Below, in pieces: positions 12,200-14,871 of a stretch of 14,871 nt of DNA. Origin of the DNA: Fibrobacteria bacterium (lineage in GTDB: Bacteria; Fibrobacterota; Fibrobacteria; UBA11236); contig JAYTHY010000031.1 in the NCBI GenBank assembly GCA_043732185.1, positions 1 to 14,871 on the forward strand, written 5' to 3'. The position numbers and the translations under genes are program-made. The notes under the pieces are model-generated. The model was not told the origin of the DNA, did no database searches, and saw only the letters and a program-made list of their open reading frames with translations. Each line of letters starts with the position of its first letter. The stretch's first letter is position 1.

Positions 12200-13999
12200 C
12201 TAATGCTTATTCTCCGCCGCCTTTAAATTTGCCTTTGCTGGAACGCTTCCCGAATCTGCATCAACGGCCCGTTGAAATAGCGAAAGGGCTTCCGTGTGCT
12301 TGCCCTGATTTTCGCGGAGCTGACCCATGAGGTTCAGCGCTTCGGCATGATTCGGGTTAAGTTTGAGGCTTTGCTCCAGATATCTTTCCGCCTCCGGAAA
12401 TTTATTCTGTTTCATTAGCGACGAAGCCATACCGAAAACGAGATCCGGACCAAGTGAATCCTCAGCAAGCGCGGATCGAAATTGATCTTCCGCTTGTAAG
12501 GGTTGCCCAGTGCGCAAATAGAGGTACCCCAGATTGTTCCTAGCCTCAAGATTGTCTGGCTCCAAATCCACCGTTTGCCGATACTGCTCCTTGGATTCCT
12601 CAATGCGACCATCGTTGAAAAGCAGGTCCGCCAAAAGCATGTGATTCATGGGAAATTCAGGTTTATTTTCAATGGCTTTTTGGTAATGGTAAATGGCCAT
12701 GCCCCGCTTGCCGTCGATCTTGAAATAAGTTGCGGTAAAAAAGTGAGCCAGCCAACTGCCGGGTATGTTTTCAGTAATATTCAAGTACATAGCCTTGGCA
12801 TCCGGGCCGCGGCCCATGTATTGGGAAACTCCGAGTGCGGTCAAGGGGATTACAAAGAGGCACCACAGCAAGGCGTGCCGCAGTCCGCTAGTGGGCCGAA
12901 ATTCTAGCACCGGATTTTTGGACGCATCCTCCAACCCTAAGCCTTTACGGGTGTTGGAGTTCCTCATCCTCCAGATGAATCCATCATAATAGAAATGCAG
13001 GAAGGCGGACACGGCCAAGACACGAAGCATCCATTTCGAAGCACTTTCTCCGGTGGTCATTTTTTCCGGCAGGTTGAAATCCACATAAGAGGTAACCACG
13101 CCGATATACCCGTATGCCGCTATTATGGCCAGGTAAAACAAAATACGCCAGGTTCCACGTTGGAACAGAAATCGCTCCACCTTACTTGAACTGAACCCGT
13201 TTGCCACCCGCTGGTGTTGAAACATCCAGACGATGGTGTTGTACTGGATATCGTGGAAAAACTCGAACATGACAATGCCTAATATCAGATTGTTCAAACT
13301 CACCATGCAGTACCACCAAAATGAAAATGCCACTGCCATGCTGAGTAATTTAATTGGACTGGGAGGACAGCCATTCTTCCATTGCCAGGCTGCATTTACT
13401 AGAAACGCCAGGGTAATCAAGCCAGTTCCAATTTCCCACAGATGTTGGAAACCAACATATCCTGCCGACGGAATCAGCGGCCCCCCAGAGATATAGAAGT
13501 GCGAAAAAAAGGTGAAGGATTTTACCGGGGAATGCCAAACGCCCAAGCCGAACCAGGCGAGGCACATGAGCCAGTCCAAAGTGGATGTGGCCTTAGCAAA
13601 TGACTTTACCTTGGCATCGTAAATCCTAAAGAAACCATTCACCTGCATGGCACCGTGCCAGGTTCCCCATGCCACCAATGCAAAATCAACGGCATCCAGT
13701 TTCAAATATGCAAATAGACCACAAAAAAGGGTCAAGAAGATTGGCGCAATTATAAAGCGGCTGCGAAATTGACGGAATAATTCTGGATCGGAATACGCCC
13801 GGATAAAACCAGGCAGATGGTGCCCAAAGCCGCCGATACCAAGTACCCAAATACTTAAATTATCCAGGCTGACCCAGTTCTTAAGGGCTAAGACCAATGG
13901 AATGATTAGAAGTTGGGGAAAGATGAATAAGCCCAGGTCCCGGCCCGGACCTAAGATCCACAAATTTTGACGGGGCTTGATGGAAATCGCGTTGGCCAT
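12200..13999 (-). CDS. Polytopic membrane protein with His-motif helices fused to C-terminal TPR repeats
   Basis: About 9-11 hydrophobic segments in aa 1-395 carrying GHHLPGFIRAY, WHGAMQVNGF, FHDIQY and HFYYDGFIW. Then about 5-6 TPRs (ARNNLGYLY, AEALNLMG, YQKAIE, FQRAV). Confidence 0.85.
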   Translation of the reverse strand: MANAISIKPRQNLWILGPGRDLGLFIFPQLLIIPLVLALKNWVSLDNLSIWVLGIGGFGHHLPGFIRAYSDPELFRQFRSRFIIAPIFLTLFCGLFAYLKLDAVDFALVAWGTWHGAMQVNGFFRIYDAKVKSFAKATSTLDWLMCLAWFGLGVWHSPVKSFTFFSHFYISGGPLIPSAGYVGFQHLWEIGTGLITLAFLVNAAWQWKNGCPPSPIKLLSMAVAFSFWWYCMVSLNNLILGIVMFEFFHDIQYNTIVWMFQHQRVANGFSSSKVERFLFQRGTWRILFYLAIIAAYGYIGVVTSYVDFNLPEKMTTGESASKWMLRVLAVSAFLHFYYDGFIWRMRNSNTRKGLGLEDASKNPVLEFRPTSGLRHALLWCLFVIPLTALGVSQYMGRGPDAKAMYLNITENIPGSWLAHFFTATYFKIDGKRGMAIYHYQKAIENKPEFPMNHMLLADLLFNDGRIEESKEQYRQTVDLEPDNLEARNNLGYLYLRTGQPLQAEDQFRSALAEDSLGPDLVFGMASSLMKQNKFPEAERYLEQSLKLNPNHAEALNLMGQLRENQGKHTEALSLFQRAVDADSGSVPAKANLKAAENKH

Positions 14000-14005
14000 T
14001 ATGCC

Positions 14006-14014
14006 AATTTAGCA
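14006..14014 (-). promoter_or_regulatory. Extended -10 element (TGcTAAATT), probably giving a leaderless transcript of the membrane-TPR gene
   Basis: TGn + TAAATT ends 6 nt before ATG 13999. No Shine-Dalgarno is visible. Confidence 0.4.
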
Positions 14015-14260
14015 CTTACCTGGAATTTTAAATGCCGTAATCGATGCGTAAAACGCCGCTTCCAATGAAGATGGATTTTTAGTCCATTGGATTGCCAATA
14101 ATTTAGAACCTATCCTGCCTAGAAGGACAAGTAGAATGGCAATTTCACTTTCTCTAAGTTAGAGCAAGGCAAGCTTTTCTATGCGTTCCCCTACCACAAT
14201 ATGAGTCTTCTCCCATAACATAATGGGTTAGAAGCGATTTGAAAATTTATATAACTTAGC

Positions 14261-14574
14261 CAGGCTGCCGGATTCCTTATGCAGGATTCGACCAGATAGG
14301 TCGGTTACCGTAATCGAATGGTGGGAATTCTTTTTGAAATTGACTGTAATACCGAGTGGTGGAGGCCCAATCGCAAGTAAATCCAGTTCTTGAGATCAGC
14401 TTCCAGAAAACATTAAAGGGTTGCAAGAATATCTGCTGGCTACGGGCAATGTTGGGTGACGTGTTACTCCTAAAACCTGGGCCAAGATTGAGGACAAGGT
14501 GAGGAAGGGAACCAAGGTCCAAGCCACTAAACCACAAAGGAAAAGAACATGTCCTCGATAAGTCCGGCAGCCTG
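14261..14574. repeat. 314-bp segment bounded by perfect 12-bp inverted repeats
   Basis: CAGGCTGCCGGA (14261-14272) and TCCGGCAGCCTG (14563-14574). GC-rich arms with AT-rich flanks. No flanking direct repeat seen. Confidence 0.5.
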
Positions 14575-14690
14575 TCATCAAATTAACAAGACTTTTGCAA
14601 AACGAATATCAAAAAGGAGAAATCCAATGGGAAATCAGGAAATCATGAATTTCCGTAAGGCATTGATTTTAGTGTCACCCATAAAGGTAT

Positions 14691-14719
14691 TTGACAGTGG
14701 AAAATTTTGTGTTTAGTAT
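14691..14719 (+). promoter_or_regulatory. sigma70-type promoter pointing out of the right edge
   Basis: TTGACA (14691-14696), 17 nt, TAGTAT (14714-14719). Confidence 0.65.
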
Positions 14720-14726
14720 TAGGCGT

Positions 14727-14840
14727 ATGATTATTGAATCGAACAATTGCAACTTCTCGGAATGTGGTTTAAACGCAATGCCTTTCGGAAACCCCCACTC
14801 AGTTACCCAATGGCGTCATTTTTCAAGAGCCCCATGTTGA
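14727..14840 (+). CDS. Possible leaderless small ORF / leader peptide, 37 aa (MIIESNNCNFSECGLNAMPFGNPHSVTQWRHFSRAPC)
   Basis: ATG sits 7 nt after the -10 box, at the expected +1. TGA at 14838-14840. No homology evidence. Confidence 0.25.
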   Translation: MIIESNNCNFSECGLNAMPFGNPHSVTQWRHFSRAPC

Positions 14841-14871
14841 TAGTAGTCATTTCCTCGATGATTTCCAGCAG

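Noticed and set aside
1588..13565. Numerous 60-153 aa ORFs antisense to, or out of frame within, the large minus-strand genes
   Set aside because: Shadow ORFs inside well-supported genes, with no recognisable domains.
14261..14574. Retron msr-msd, RNase P RNA or tmRNA closed by the 12-bp IR
   Set aside because: No reverse transcriptase in the window, no GAGGAAAGUCC RNase P motif, and no tRNA-like ends.
14277..14581. Frameshifted minus-strand membrane protein (86-aa and 61-aa ORFs)
   Set aside because: The hydrophobic stretch is simply the antisense of an A/G-rich, Lys-rich plus strand; no RBS or homology support.

Overview
Bacterial DNA, most likely Fibrobacterota or a related FCB-group lineage. 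This is inferred from a TIGR02147/DUF4423 gene, a DUF2341-LamG lipoprotein and T9SS-like C-terminal tails. The window opens with what looks like the right end of an ISL3-family IS (to nt 97) inserted into a U32-family gene, whose 3' part runs to 696. Most of the window (1033-11194) is one tightly coupled minus-strand operon: TIGR02147 putative regulator -> DUF2341/LamG lipoprotein -> tandem double FG-GAP beta-propeller protein -> DUF1080 (3-keto-glycoside-processing family) -> dehydrogenase-like beta-propeller -> multidomain GH39-like glycoside hydrolase. All four enzyme-like proteins have Sec signal peptides predicted to be cut before Gln, plus C-terminal sorting-like tails. The best candidate for an undescribed system is this SusC/D-free, fully secreted glycan oxidation/elimination/hydrolysis locus headed by a TIGR02147-lipoprotein pair. 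Upstream lie two small hypothetical genes, a His-motif polytopic membrane protein fused to TPRs, and an ~870-bp intergenic region with a 12-bp inverted-repeat-bounded segment and a near-consensus sigma70 promoter. All family calls come from motif recognition by eye; no searches were run.
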